Part shown: piece by piece, positions 23,293 to 32,000 of the stretch | Numbering within the stretch: position 1 is the stretch's first letter | How the letters are laid out: every line of letters begins with the position of its first letter | Sequence record: OZ378102.1 | Length of the DNA stretch: 32,000 nt | Strand: one strand, 5' to 3' | Position numbers and translations under genes: made by a program | Notes under the pieces: generated by a model | Told to the model about the DNA's origin: nothing | What the model saw: the letters and a program-made list of their open reading frames with translations, nothing else | Database searches by the model: none

Positions 23293-25548
23293 ATGACAAT
23301 TAGTCCTTCTGAACGTGAAACGTTGAAGGTACGTGTTGCAGTTGATCGTGATCCTGTAGAAACGTCCTTCGAGAAGTGGGCCCAGCCTGGACACTTCTCT
23401 CGTTCCCTTTCCAAAGGCCCTACAAGTACAACATGGGTTTGGAACTTACACGCTGATGCACACGACTTTGATAGTCACACTACAGACTTAGAAGATATTT
23501 CTCGTAAAGTTTTTAGTGCGCACTTCGGTCAATTAGCAATTATTTTAGTATGGCTTAGTGGAATGTATTTCCACGGTGCTCGTTTTTCCAATTACGAAGC
23601 TTGGCTTACAGATCCTACACATGTACGTCCCAGTGCACAAGTTGTTTGGCCTATTGTTGGTCAAGAAATTTTAAACGGTGATGTTGGTGGTGGATTCCAG
23701 GGTGTACAAATTACATCTGGTTTCTTCCAACTTTGGCGTGCTAGTGGTATTACTAGTGAATTACAGCTTTACAGTACCGCTATTGGCGGATTAATTCTTG
23801 CTGGTGCAATGTTATTTGCTGGTTGGTTCCACTATCACAAAGCTGCTCCTCGTTTAGAGTGGTTCCAAAGTGTTGAATCTATGTTAAACCACCACTTAGC
23901 AGGTCTCCTTGGTTTAGGATCTCTTTCTTGGGCAGGTCACCAGATTCACATTTCTTTACCCATTAACCGTCTTTTAGATGCAGGTGTTGATCCTAAGGAA
24001 ATTCCTCTTCCTCACGAATTCCTTATGGATTCGAGCTTAATGGCGGACTTATACCCTAGTTTTGGTTTAGGTTTAGCACCTTTCTTCTCTCTCCAATGGG
24101 CAGAGTACCAAGACTTTTTAACATTCCGCGGTGGTTTAAACCCTGTAACAGGTGGACTTTGGTTAACTGATACAGCACACCACCACCTTGCAATTGCGGT
24201 TCTTTTCATTGTAGCTGGTCACATGTACCGTACAAACTTTGGTATTGGTCACAGTATTCAAGAAATTCTTGAAGCACACCGTGGTCCTTTCACTGGAGAA
24301 GGTCACAAGGGACTTTATGAGGTTCTTACAAACTCTTGGCATGCACAACTTGCTATTAACTTAGCACTTTTTGGTTCTTTATCCATTATTGTTGCACACC
24401 ACATGTATGCAATGCCTCCTTATCCCTACCTTGCTACTGATTACGGAACACAACTTTCCCTCTTTACGCACCACGTATGGATTGGTGGTTTCTGTATTGT
24501 AGGTGCAGGTGCACACGCTGCTATTTTCATGGTTCGTGATTATGATGTTGCAGGTAACTACAACAACTTATTAGACCGTGTAATTCGTCACCGTGATGCA
24601 ATTATTTCTCACTTAAACTGGGTTTCTATTTTCCTTGGCTTCCACAGCTTTGGTTTATACATCCACAACGATACAATGAGTGCTCTTGGTCGTCCCCAAG
24701 ATATGTTCTCTGATACTGCAATTCAACTCCAACCTATTTTCGCACAATGGGTACAGAGTACACACTATCTTGCTCCCGAAACAACAGCTCCTTATGCAAC
24801 TCTTGCTACAAGTCCTACTTGGGGTGGAGACATTGTTGCTGTTGGTGGAAAAGTAGCGATGATGCCTATCCCTCTTGGAACAGCAGATTTCATGGTTCAC
24901 CACATTCATGCATTTACAATTCACGTAACTGTATTAATTCTCCTTAAAGGTGTTCTCTTCGCTCGTAGCTCTCGTCTTATTCCTGATAAGGCAAACTTAG
25001 GTTTCCGTTTCCCTTGTGATGGACCTGGTCGTGGAGGTACTTGTCAAGTTTCTGGTTGGGACCACGTATTCTTAGGTCTTTTCTGGATGTATAACTCCCT
25101 TTCTATTGTTATTTTCCACTTCAGTTGGAAGATGCAATCTGATGTTTGGGGTAGTGCAACTGCTAATGGTGTAACACACATTACAGGTGGTAACTTTGCT
25201 CAGAGTGCAAACACAATTAATGGTTGGCTCCGTGATTTCCTTTGGGCTCAAGCTTCTCAGGTAATTCAATCTTACGGTTCTGCTTTATCTGCATATGGTC
25301 TTGTATTCCTCGGTGCACACTTTATTTGGGCATTTAGTTTAATGTTCCTCTTTAGTGGTCGTGGTTACTGGCAAGAACTTATTGAGTCTATTGTATGGGC
25401 ACACAACAAGCTTAAGGTTGCTCCTGCAATTCAGCCTCGTGCTCTTAGTATTACGCAAGGTCGTGCAGTTGGTGTAGCACACTATCTACTGGGTGGTATT
25501 GCAACAACATGGTCCTTCTTCTTAGCTCGAATTATCGCTGTTGGATAA
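23293..25548 (+). CDS. psaA: Photosystem I P700 apoprotein A1, uninterrupted
   Basis: 751 aa from the ATG at 23293 (MTISPSERE...), preceded by GGAG at 23282-23285. It contains [15 protein letters not shown]. The ORF-track start at 23260 is TTG and is not conserved. Confidence 0.97.
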   Translation: MTISPSERETLKVRVAVDRDPVETSFEKWAQPGHFSRSLSKGPTSTTWVWNLHADAHDFDSHTTDLEDISRKVFSAHFGQLAIILVWLSGMYFHGARFSNYEAWLTDPTHVRPSAQVVWPIVGQEILNGDVGGGFQGVQITSGFFQLWRASGITSELQLYSTAIGGLILAGAMLFAGWFHYHKAAPRLEWFQSVESMLNHHLAGLLGLGSLSWAGHQIHISLPINRLLDAGVDPKEIPLPHEFLMDSSLMADLYPSFGLGLAPFFSLQWAEYQDFLTFRGGLNPVTGGLWLTDTAHHHLAIAVLFIVAGHMYRTNFGIGHSIQEILEAHRGPFTGEGHKGLYEVLTNSWHAQLAINLALFGSLSIIVAHHMYAMPPYPYLATDYGTQLSLFTHHVWIGGFCIVGAGAHAAIFMVRDYDVAGNYNNLLDRVIRHRDAIISHLNWVSIFLGFHSFGLYIHNDTMSALGRPQDMFSDTAIQLQPIFAQWVQSTHYLAPETTAPYATLATSPTWGGDIVAVGGKVAMMPIPLGTADFMVHHIHAFTIHVTVLILLKGVLFARSSRLIPDKANLGFRFPCDGPGRGGTCQVSGWDHVFLGLFWMYNSLSIVIFHFSWKMQSDVWGSATANGVTHITGGNFAQSANTINGWLRDFLWAQASQVIQSYGSALSAYGLVFLGAHFIWAFSLMFLFSGRGYWQELIESIVWAHNKLKVAPAIQPRALSITQGRAVGVAHYLLGGIATTWSFFLARIIAVG

Positions 25549-25680
25549 TTAACGCTCTAGAATCTTTTATTTCATTTCTCTTTTGTTTGAACTTTTGCCG
25601 AACTTCCTAGATTCAGATTTTTTACAAGTTTTGTAAATTTAACAATAAGGATCAGTTTTTTAAACTGTTAATTAATTTTT

Positions 25681-27897
25681 ATGGCACCTACTTTTCAAGG
25701 ACGCTACCCTAGTTTTAGTCAAGGGTTAGCACAAGATCCTACAACTCGTCGTATTTGGTATTCCATTGCTACTGCTCATGACTTTGAAAGTCACGACGGT
25801 ATGACAGAAGAAACACTTTACCAAAAAGTATTTGCTTCTCACTTTGGACAATTAGCTATTATTTTCCTTTGGACAGCTGGAAATCTTTTCCACGTTGCTT
25901 GGCAAGGTAACTTTGAACAATGGGTAGCAGATCCTACACATGTTCGTCCTATCGCACACGCAATTTGGGATCCTCACTTCGGTCAAGCGGCTTGGACTGC
26001 TTATACTCGTGGTGGTGCAACAGGTCCTGTTAATATTGCTTACTCTGGTGTTTATCAGTGGTGGTTCACTATTGGTATGCGAACAAATGCTGACCTTTTT
26101 ACAGGTTCTGTTTTCTTACTTTTAGTAGCCGGTCTTATGCTTGGTGCTGGTTGGCTTCACCTTCAGCCCCGTTTCCGTCCCGCGCTTTCTTGGTTTAAGA
26201 ATGCTGAGTCTCGTCTAAATCACCACCTTGCTGGTCTTTTTGGTACGAGTTCTCTCGCATGGACAGGTCACCTTGTACACGTAGCAATTCCTGAAGCACG
26301 TGGACAACATGTTCGTTGGGATAATCTCTTAACAACACCCCCTCACCCTGCTGGTCTTGGTCCTCTTTTCTCCGGTAACTGGATTGTGTATGCACAGAAT
26401 CCTGATACTCCTGACCAATTATTTAACACTACAACGGGTGCTGGTACGGCAATTCTTACATTCTTAGGTGGATTCCACCCTCAGACACAAAGTCTCTGGC
26501 TTACAGATATTGCTCACCACCACCTTGCAATTGCAGTTGTATTTATTGTAGCTGGTCACATGTACCGTACAAACTTCGGTATTGGTCACAGCATGCGCGA
26601 GATTCTTGATGCACACACACCTCCTGCTGGTGGTTTAGGTGCTGGTCACAAAGGTCTTTACGACACAGTGAACAACTCTCTCCACATGCAACTTGGTCTT
26701 GCTTTAGCGTCTACAGGTGTTGTTGTATCTCTCGTTGCACAACACATGTATTCTCTTCCTTCCTATGCATTTATTGCACAGGACTTTACAACGCAAGCAG
26801 CACTTTATGTTCACCACCAATATATTGCTGGTTTCATTATGTGTGGTGCGTTTGCACACGGTGCAATTTTCTTTGTACGTGACTACGATCCTGTACAAAA
26901 CCAGGGTAACGTATTAGCACGTATGTTAGAGCACAAGGAAGCAATTATTTCTCACCTCAGTTGGGTTACACTTTTCTTAGGTTTCCACACACTTGGTCTT
27001 TATGTACACAATGATGTAATGCAAGCGTTTGGTACTCCTGAGAAGCAAATTCTTATTGAGCCTGTTTTTGCACAGTACATTCAAGCTGCGCAAGGTAAAG
27101 CTGCATATGGATTTGATGTTTTACTTTCCTCTACATCTAGTCCTGCAACAATGGCAAGTACAGGTATTTGGTTACCTGGTTGGCTTGATGCAATTAATGC
27201 AGGTGGTAACTCTCTCTTCTTAACAATTGGGCCTGGTGACTTCCTTGTACACCACGCAATTGCTCTTGGTCTTCACACAACAACTCTTATTCTTGTTAAG
27301 GGTGCATTAGATGCACGTGGTTCCAAGTTAATGCCCGATAAGAAAGACTTTGGTTATTCCTTCCCCTGTGATGGACCTGGTCGTGGTGGTACATGTGATA
27401 TTTCCGCATGGGATGCATTCTACCTTGCAGTTTTCTGGATGTTAAATACAATTGGTTGGACAACGTTCTACTGGCACTGGAAGCACCTTGCGTTATGGCA
27501 AGGTAGTACAGCTCAGTTTAATGAGTCTTCTACTTACTTAATGGGTTGGTTACGTGATTACCTTTGGTTAAACTCTTCTCAGCTTATTAACGGTTACAAT
27601 CCTTTTGGTATGAACAGCCTTTCTGTATGGGCATGGACATTCCTCTTTGGTCACCTCGTTTGGGCGACTGGATTTATGTTCTTAATTTCTTGGCGTGGTT
27701 ACTGGCAAGAACTTATTGAAACACTTGCATGGGCACACAACCGTACACCTCTTGCAAACCTCTTCCGCTGGCGTGATAAGCCTGTAGCATTATCCATTGT
27801 ACAAGCACGTCTTGTTGGTCTTGCTCACTTCTGTGTAGGTTATGTATTTACTTACGCGGCATTCCTTCTTGCGTCTACATCTGGTAAGTTTGGTTAA
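25681..27897 (+). CDS. psaB: Photosystem I P700 apoprotein A2
   Basis: 738 aa, ...[28 protein letters not shown]..., [15 protein letters not shown]. It starts 132 nt downstream of psaA. Confidence 0.98.
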   Translation: MAPTFQGRYPSFSQGLAQDPTTRRIWYSIATAHDFESHDGMTEETLYQKVFASHFGQLAIIFLWTAGNLFHVAWQGNFEQWVADPTHVRPIAHAIWDPHFGQAAWTAYTRGGATGPVNIAYSGVYQWWFTIGMRTNADLFTGSVFLLLVAGLMLGAGWLHLQPRFRPALSWFKNAESRLNHHLAGLFGTSSLAWTGHLVHVAIPEARGQHVRWDNLLTTPPHPAGLGPLFSGNWIVYAQNPDTPDQLFNTTTGAGTAILTFLGGFHPQTQSLWLTDIAHHHLAIAVVFIVAGHMYRTNFGIGHSMREILDAHTPPAGGLGAGHKGLYDTVNNSLHMQLGLALASTGVVVSLVAQHMYSLPSYAFIAQDFTTQAALYVHHQYIAGFIMCGAFAHGAIFFVRDYDPVQNQGNVLARMLEHKEAIISHLSWVTLFLGFHTLGLYVHNDVMQAFGTPEKQILIEPVFAQYIQAAQGKAAYGFDVLLSSTSSPATMASTGIWLPGWLDAINAGGNSLFLTIGPGDFLVHHAIALGLHTTTLILVKGALDARGSKLMPDKKDFGYSFPCDGPGRGGTCDISAWDAFYLAVFWMLNTIGWTTFYWHWKHLALWQGSTAQFNESSTYLMGWLRDYLWLNSSQLINGYNPFGMNSLSVWAWTFLFGHLVWATGFMFLISWRGYWQELIETLAWAHNRTPLANLFRWRDKPVALSIVQARLVGLAHFCVGYVFTYAAFLLASTSGKFG

Positions 27898-27995
27898 GCA
27901 AACCAGTTTTGAAAGCCCTATATGAGTTTTTAATTGTACCGTACCTTAGTCAGTTTTTTTCGAAACACTATGGTATAAAAAACCTTTAACCTACT

Positions 27996-28023
27996 TGCGA
28001 TACTCTCTTTTGAGAGTATCGCA
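27996..28023 (+). terminator. 3' inverted repeat after psaB
   Basis: tgcgatactctc tttt gagagtatcgca is a perfect 12-bp stem with a 4-nt loop, starting 98 nt after the psaB stop. A weaker C-tract/G-tract hairpin lies at 28057-28075. Confidence 0.55.
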
Positions 28024-28164
28024 GTTCCACCTCCCATAGCCTTCTTTCTATTTACCATCCCCTTCCGATGGGGGTTATAAAAGATTATTTATGTAATATA
28101 CAAAATGAATAATCTTTTGTAACAACAGGGGGGCGGGATAGATAGAAGTCTATTACTTAATAAA

Positions 28165-28671
28165 ATGGAAATACTTATGGTAGATATGACTACGACTACT
28201 GTTGCTGCTCTCTTTGGTCCTTCAATTACCTTAACGTCTTGTGGGTTAATTATGAAAAGGTTTTTTCAAACACCAGATCACGAGCTCCCCTCTCTTAATC
28301 AAACCGACGACGAGATTCTTTTCCGTAATTTGGATTTAGGATTAAAAAAAGTGGAAGCTACTTTTGGGCCGAGTCAAGACCAACCATTCGAAATTCAAAA
28401 AATCAAGGACGATATTGTAAAAGGTAAAAAAGTAAATGTTGGTTTAAAACGGAAACTAAAGTTCTCCCAATCGGAAGTCCAAAGATTAAGCCTGCAAAAT
28501 GAGAAATTGAATTCTCAAGTAAATGCTATAATTTCAAGCGGTCAGTACAAAGCATTACCTTTTGGCAATGATGCAGCAGCTGGATCAAACTCTCCTGGTT
28601 GGTCAACAGCCATTATCTTGGTAGTAGGGGTCTTAGTTTTATCCACCCTTAAGAAACGTATTAATTTTTAA
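28165..28671 (+). CDS. Unassigned ORF (orf168): predicted membrane protein with an N-terminal hydrophobic segment, a central coiled-coil-like region and a C-terminal TM anchor
   Basis: A 168-codon open frame in otherwise AT-rich, stop-rich spacer. Hydrophobic segments are at aa 9-30 (nt 28189-28254) and [17 protein letters not shown] (nt 28600-28650), the latter followed by KKRINF. A heptad-like stretch is [24 protein letters not shown] perfect 12-bp inverted repeat follows the stop. I recognise no similarity to any standard plastid gene. Confidence 0.5.
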   Translation: MEILMVDMTTTTVAALFGPSITLTSCGLIMKRFFQTPDHELPSLNQTDDEILFRNLDLGLKKVEATFGPSQDQPFEIQKIKDDIVKGKKVNVGLKRKLKFSQSEVQRLSLQNEKLNSQVNAIISSGQYKALPFGNDAAAGSNSPGWSTAIILVVGVLVLSTLKKRINF

Positions 28672-28697
28672 ACTGTTTTTTTAAATATTTTTTTATT

Positions 28698-28731
28698 TGA
28701 AGTAATAAGCATTAAAAAACTTATTACTTCA
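28698..28731. terminator. Inverted repeat between the convergent orf168 and trnG 3' ends
   Basis: tgaagtaataag / cttattacttca is a perfect 12-bp stem with a 10-nt loop. It starts 26 nt after the orf168 stop. Confidence 0.5.
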
Positions 28732-28743
28732 ACTACTATAAAG

Positions 28744-28815
28744 AGCGGGTAACGTGGATCGAACACGCGACATCCACCTTGGCAAGGTGGCGCTCTACCA
28801 CTGAGCTATACCCGC
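28744..28815 (-). tRNA. trnG: tRNA-Gly (anticodon GCC)
   Basis: The reverse complement is GCGGGTA TA GCTC AGTGGTA GAGC G CCACC TTGCCAA GGTGG ATGTC GCGTG TTCGATC CACGT TACCCGC. Confidence 0.9.
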
Positions 28816-28835
28816 ATTGATTGTTAAAGCTGGTG

Positions 28836-28908
28836 GGCGAACGACGGGAATTGAACCCGCGAATGATGGGACCACAACCCATTGCCTTACCACTTGGCTA
28901 CGCCCGCC
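28836..28908 (-). tRNA. trnH: tRNA-His (anticodon GUG) with an encoded G-1
   Basis: The reverse complement is G GCGGGCG TA GCC AAGTGGTAA GGC A ATGGG TTGTGGT CCCAT CATTC GCGGG TTCAATT CCCGT CGTTCGC C. The extra 5' G pairs with C73, which is typical of tRNA-His. Confidence 0.92.
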
Positions 28909-28946
28909 ATTTTGGGAGAAAACGGCTTCTTAAAGTTAAAGGAAGC

Positions 28947-29019
28947 TGCCAAGAGCCAGACTTGAACTGGCGACACAGGGATTTTCAATCCCTTGCTCTA
29001 CCAACTGAGCTATCCCGGC
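28947..29019 (-). tRNA. trnF: tRNA-Phe (anticodon GAA)
   Basis: The reverse complement is GCCGGGA TA GCTC AGTTGGTA GAGC A AGGGA TTGAAAA TCCCT GTGTC GCCAG TTCAAGT CTGGC TCTTGGC A. Confidence 0.9.
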
Positions 29020-29040
29020 ATGTACCCTTGGAACAGGGAA

Positions 29041-29113
29041 TAGGCCCAACCGGACTCGAACCGATGACATCTTCCTTGTAAGGGAAGCGCTCTACCAACT
29101 GAGCTATGGGCCT
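29041..29113 (-). tRNA. trnV: tRNA-Val (anticodon UAC), intron-less
   Basis: The reverse complement is AGGCCCA TA GCTC AGTTGGTA GAGC G CTTCC CTTACAA GGAAG ATGTC ATCGG TTCGAGT CCGGT TGGGCCT A. Confidence 0.9.
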
Positions 29114-29126
29114 ATTTCTTGATACG

Positions 29127-29199
29127 TGGAGGTAAGCGGACTCGAACCGCTGGCATCCGCCTTGCAAAGGCGGCGCTCTACCAACTGAGCTATACCCCC
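29127..29199 (-). tRNA. trnA: tRNA-Ala (anticodon UGC), intron-less, not flanked by rRNA genes
   Basis: The reverse complement is GGGGGTA TA GCTC AGTTGGTA GAGC G CCGCC TTTGCAA GGCGG ATGCC AGCGG TTCGAGT CCGCT TACCTCC A. The G3:U70 alanine identity pair is present. Confidence 0.92.
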
Positions 29200-29222
29200 G
29201 AATAAAAAACAGAACCTCTCTA

Positions 29223-29561
29223 TTATAATAGAGAGGACATTAAGTAAGACTTATAATCTAAAACCGCAAGTTGTGCTAACGAACGACGATTAAGTGTTAC
29301 TACTGAAGTGTTAATACTATGAATAAATTTATTATAGTTTTTCCCGCCAATACGAGCCATTGAACCGATACGTGTAATCCAAAGACGACGGAAGTCGCGA
29401 CGACGACAACGACGATCACGGTACTCATATTTCAGAGCTTTCATGCGCTGCTGCATTGCAGTTCGGAAAAGACGAGAATGGGAACCATAATAACCACTTG
29501 CTTGACTCAGCACCTTATTACGGCGGTGTCGAGCAACTGAACCACGTTTTACTCGAGTCAT
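29223..29561 (-). CDS. rpl20: 50S ribosomal protein L20
   Basis: MTRVKRGSVARHRRNKVLSQASGYYGSHSRLFRTAMQQRMKALKYEYRDRRCRRRDFRRLWITRI is a canonical L20. Confidence 0.93.
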   Translation of the reverse strand: MTRVKRGSVARHRRNKVLSQASGYYGSHSRLFRTAMQQRMKALKYEYRDRRCRRRDFRRLWITRIGSMARIGGKNYNKFIHSINTSVVTLNRRSLAQLAVLDYKSYLMSSLL

Positions 29562-29628
29562 TTCCTCTATCTAGTTCAACTCTTACATTTTGATGTAAGG
29601 TAATACTGGAAGATCCTTAGTCCTTCCT

Positions 29629-29701
29629 TACCCCCAAGGGGATTCGAACCCCTGTCGCCTCCGTGAAAGGGAGATGTCCTTGGCCTCTAGACGATGGGGG
29701 C
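29629..29701 (-). tRNA. trnE: tRNA-Glu (anticodon UUC)
   Basis: The reverse complement is GCCCCCA TC GTCT AGAGGCCAAGG ACA TCTCC CTTTCAC GGAGG CGAC AGGGG TTCGAAT CCCCT TGGGGGT A. The architecture matches plastid trnE. Confidence 0.9.
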
Positions 29702-29800
29702 CTACTTCTATATTAAAGGAAAGAAACGAAAGTGTCAAGCCTAATAAAATAAAGACAAAAAAATTCGCTTTACAAACATTAAGCTTGACGACTTCGGAAA

Positions 29801-29995
29801 TTAACGTAACTTTTGAACAAAAGGTAAAAGAGCAAGAATACGAGCTCGTTTAATCGAACGAGCTAATTTTGCCTGTTGACGAACAGGAACTTGAAGAACA
29901 CGACGGGGTAAAATACGTCCATCAGATCCAATACAACGTCTTAAAAGACGAACACTCTTGTAGTCAATAGATTGGGAAGATAAATTTTTATCCAT
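29801..29995 (-). CDS. rps18: 30S ribosomal protein S18 (short form)
   Basis: 64 aa. IDYKSVRLLRRCIGSDGRILPRRVLQVPVRQQAKLARSIKRARILALLPF matches the S18 core. Confidence 0.85.
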   Translation of the reverse strand: MDKNLSSQSIDYKSVRLLRRCIGSDGRILPRRVLQVPVRQQAKLARSIKRARILALLPFVQKLR

Positions 29996-30054
29996 TGTTT
30001 AGATAAATAATCTTGTTAAACAAATCCAAGTTTTTGTTGAAATAACCTTGGACA

Positions 30055-30128
30055 GTGCGGAGGTGGGATTTGAACCCACGACCTCAAGGTTATGAGCCTT
30101 GCGAGCTTCCAGGCTGCTCTACTCCGCG
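30055..30128 (-). tRNA. trnfM: Initiator tRNA-fMet (anticodon CAU)
   Basis: The reverse complement is CGCGGAG TA GAGC AGCCTGGAA GCTC G CAAGG CTCATAA CCTTG AGGTC GTGGG TTCAAAT CCCAC CTCCGCA C. It has the C1xA72 mismatch typical of bacterial and plastid initiators. Confidence 0.9.
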
Positions 30129-30186
30129 GTTTTTTTGAGACACACCATCACTTTATTGAGAAGAATAAGATGATGGTGTTGATCTG

Positions 30187-30489
30187 TTACCAACTTGCTT
30201 TTCGAACTCCAGGAAGAAGCCCTTGGTGTGCAAGTTCACGGAGAACGTGACGAGATAATCCAAAATGACGGTAAACCGCTTTTGGACGTCCCGAAACATT
30301 ACAGCGACGGTTTAACCGTACACGTGAACTATTACGAGGTAACTTCTGTAATTGTTGCTGAAGAGCGAGTTTTTCTTCAAATGATTCAGTTGTTTTGAAC
30401 GCTTCGCGAAGAGCAGCTCTTTTCTCTTGAAATTTAGCGACTAAGCGCTGACGCTTTCGTTCACGTTCAATCATTGCTTTTTTGGCCAT
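30187..30489 (-). CDS. rps14: 30S ribosomal protein S14
   Basis: 100 aa, [20 protein letters not shown]...[39 protein letters not shown], canonical S14. Confidence 0.95.
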   Translation of the reverse strand: MAKKAMIERERKRQRLVAKFQEKRAALREAFKTTESFEEKLALQQQLQKLPRNSSRVRLNRRCNVSGRPKAVYRHFGLSRHVLRELAHQGLLPGVRKASW

Positions 30490-30519
30490 AAATGAAAACC
30501 TTAGTAAAGTATTTTGATA

Positions 30520-31194
30520 TTAACGTGATCCTGTTGATAAACAATATGTTAACTCCGTTAAAATATAGTCTAACGAAGCCGCACTATCATCATTGGCAGG
30601 AATTACTAAATCAACACTCGTAGGATCACCATCGGAGTCAAGAATCCCAATTGTTGGAATATTTGAACGGCGACACTCAGCAAGTGCATGACTATCACTA
30701 CTTTGTCCAGTTACAATTACCGCATTGGGTAGTTGTTCCATTCCACACAACCCGCCTAAATACTTTTTAAGGCGTGCGTGCTGACGACGTAATGCTGCCT
30801 CTTCACGTTTTGGAAGAGTTGTAAACGTTCCATCTTCAACACATTGATTAAGGTAAGTTAACCGATGTACACAAAGTCGCATTGTCGACCAATTGGTAAA
30901 CATCCCACCTAACCAACGTTGGTTTACATAAAACGAATTACTACGGGCTGCTGCTGCCATAATAGGTCCAGCAGCGTGGCGGCTTGTTCCAAGAAATAAA
31001 ACAGAACCACCTTGATTTGCTAACTTTTTAACAAAAGCGCGTGCTTGGTCTAAACATTGAACAGTTTGTACTAAATCTAGAATATGAACTCCGTTTCGTC
31101 GAGCATAAATATATTTAGCCATACGAGGATTCCATCGAGATGTACGATGTCCCAGAAAAGCACCTGCTTTCATTAATGCTTGTAATTCCGTCAT
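30520..31194 (-). CDS. rps2: 30S ribosomal protein S2
   Basis: 224 aa, LMKAGAFLGHRTSRWNPRMAKYIYARRNGVHILDLVQT...QRWLGGMFTNW..., canonical S2. Confidence 0.93.
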   Translation of the reverse strand: MTELQALMKAGAFLGHRTSRWNPRMAKYIYARRNGVHILDLVQTVQCLDQARAFVKKLANQGGSVLFLGTSRHAAGPIMAAAARSNSFYVNQRWLGGMFTNWSTMRLCVHRLTYLNQCVEDGTFTTLPKREEAALRRQHARLKKYLGGLCGMEQLPNAVIVTGQSSDSHALAECRRSNIPTIGILDSDGDPTSVDLVIPANDDSAASLDYILTELTYCLSTGSR

Positions 31195-31273
31195 AGAAAT
31201 CTACTTTATTTTTAAATAATAATGAAAAAGGTTAATGATTTTTGTCTGTTATCAATGACTCCCACGATTTCTT

Positions 31274-31358
31274 TGCCGGCGGCCGGGCTTGAACCGGCAT
31301 GAAGCTTTCGCTTCGCGGCATTTTAAGTGCCGAGTGTCTACCATTCCACCACGCCGGC
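31274..31358 (-). tRNA. trnL: tRNA-Leu (anticodon UAA), intron-less
   Basis: The reverse complement is GCCGGCG TG GTG GAATGGTAGA CAC T CGGCA CTTAAAA TGCCG CGAAGCGAAAGCTTCAT GCCGG TTCAAGC CCGGC CGCCGGC A. The anticodon loop is continuous, so there is no group I intron. Confidence 0.9.
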
Positions 31359-31366
31359 TTCGTGGA

Positions 31367-31450
31367 TGCGGCTGGCCGGGCTCGAACCGGCACGGGCTAT
31401 TGCCCACTAGCCCCTCAAGCTAGCACGTCTACCAATTCCATCACAGCCGC
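31367..31450 (-). tRNA. trnL: tRNA-Leu (anticodon GAG)
   Basis: The reverse complement is GCGGCTG TG ATG GAATTGGTAGA CGT G CTAGC TTGAGGG GCTAG TGGGCAATAGCCCGT GCCGG TTCGAGC CCGGC CAGCCGC A. It lies 8 nt upstream of trnL(UAA). Confidence 0.88.
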
Positions 31451-31529
31451 TTTTGTTGCTCTTGCTTTTTTATTCCTTATAGAGTATTATATTGATAAGA
31501 TCGAAAAAGTAAAGCCTTTTCATCTCAAT

Positions 31530-31601
31530 GCCTGCTTAGCTCAGTGGTAGAGCATCCGTCTCATACGCGGCTTGTCACTAGTTCGAATCTAGTAGCAGGC
31601 A
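31530..31601 (+). tRNA. trnM: Elongator tRNA-Met (anticodon CAU)
   Basis: GCCTGCT TA GCTC AGTGGTA GAGC A TCCGT CTCATAC GCGGC TTGTC ACTAG TTCGAAT CTAGT AGCAGGC A. The acceptor stem is fully paired and the CTCATAC loop resembles plastid elongator trnM. tRNA-Ile(CAU) cannot be fully excluded from sequence alone. Confidence 0.8.
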
Positions 31602-31648
31602 AATTTCGAAAACTATTTTCCTCTTTATAAACAAGTACCGTTCGCGTC

Positions 31649-32000
31649 TTAAGCACCAGCCATTGATTCAAGAGATTTTTCATCGGGTAATTTTACAATT
31701 CGTTCAAGCGTAGCTTTGATCGTTTGAGAATCAACATCTGGATAGGCTACACCATCAACTAATCCATACGATCTTGCTTCTTCTGCAGAGAAGAATGTAT
31801 CACGGTCCATATCATTTGCAACCTGATCAATGGACTGACCAGTACGTTGGGCGTATAAAAGACCTACTTGACGTCGAAGTCGTAAAATTTCTACCGACTC
31901 GTAAATAATTTCTGAAGCTTGGCCTCTCGTCCCACCTTCAGGTTGGTGAATCATTACACGAGCATGCGGTAATGCACATCGTCGCAGTGGAGTACCACCA
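31649..32000 (-). CDS. clpP: ATP-dependent Clp protease proteolytic subunit, with its N-terminal part beyond the right window edge
   Basis: The frame stays open to nt 32000. It reads ...GGTPLRRCALPHARVMIHQPEGGTRGQASEI...DRDTFFSAEEARSYGLVDGV, matching the ClpP region that holds the catalytic His (MIHQP) and Asp (DRD). The ATG at 31954 used by the ORF track is internal. Confidence 0.9.
   Translation of the reverse strand, partial: GGTPLRRCALPHARVMIHQPEGGTRGQASEIIYESVEILRLRRQVGLLYAQRTGQSIDQVANDMDRDTFFSAEEARSYGLVDGVAYPDVDSQTIKATLERIVKLPDEKSLESMAGA

Noticed and set aside
28821-29167. ORFs of 86 aa (+) and 60 aa (-) in the tRNA cluster, and an 83-aa ORF at 31299-31550
   Set aside because: They are read straight through trnH, trnF, trnV and trnA, and through trnL, trnL and trnM respectively. 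The GC-rich tRNA sequence simply lacks stop codons.

Overview
This window is a gene-dense, single-copy stretch of a green-algal (chlorophyte-type) plastid genome. I support 32 protein-coding genes and 14 tRNA genes. I found no rRNA genes, introns, mobile elements, CRISPR arrays or defence-like cassettes. Gene order, left to right: a giant FtsH-like/Ycf2-type ORF that runs off the left edge; trnP(-); the ribosomal-protein cluster rpl23-rpl2-rps19-rps3-rpl16-rpl14-rpl5-rps8-infA-rpl36-rps11-rpoA(+); psbD-psbC(+); tufA-rpl19(-); psbB-psbT-[psbN on +]-psbH(-); trnC-psbA(+); rps4-ycf3(-); trnD(-); trnS-psaA-psaB-orf168(+); a tightly packed minus-strand block trnL(GAG)-trnL(UAA)-rps2-rps14-trnfM-rps18-trnE-rpl20-trnA-trnV-trnF-trnH-trnG; trnM(+); and clpP(-), which runs off the right edge. 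The taxonomic call is an inference. It rests on plastid-encoded tufA, rpl19, infA and a giant ftsH-like gene, on the absence of rpl22, and on the 353-aa green-type D1. Most of the window is ordinary, conserved plastid content, and nothing I can see amounts to a demonstrably new system. The least-explained pieces are: (1) the more than 1,150 unrecognisable N-terminal residues and the altered catalytic motifs of the giant FtsH-like protein; (2) an unassigned 168-codon ORF after psaB, predicted to be a two-TM coiled-coil protein; (3) a tRNA-Ser with the unusual anticodon CGA; (4) a strongly diverged rpoA with no recognisable alpha-CTD; (5) GTG initiation for both psbD and psbC. The many long ORFs antisense to photosystem genes are codon-bias artefacts.
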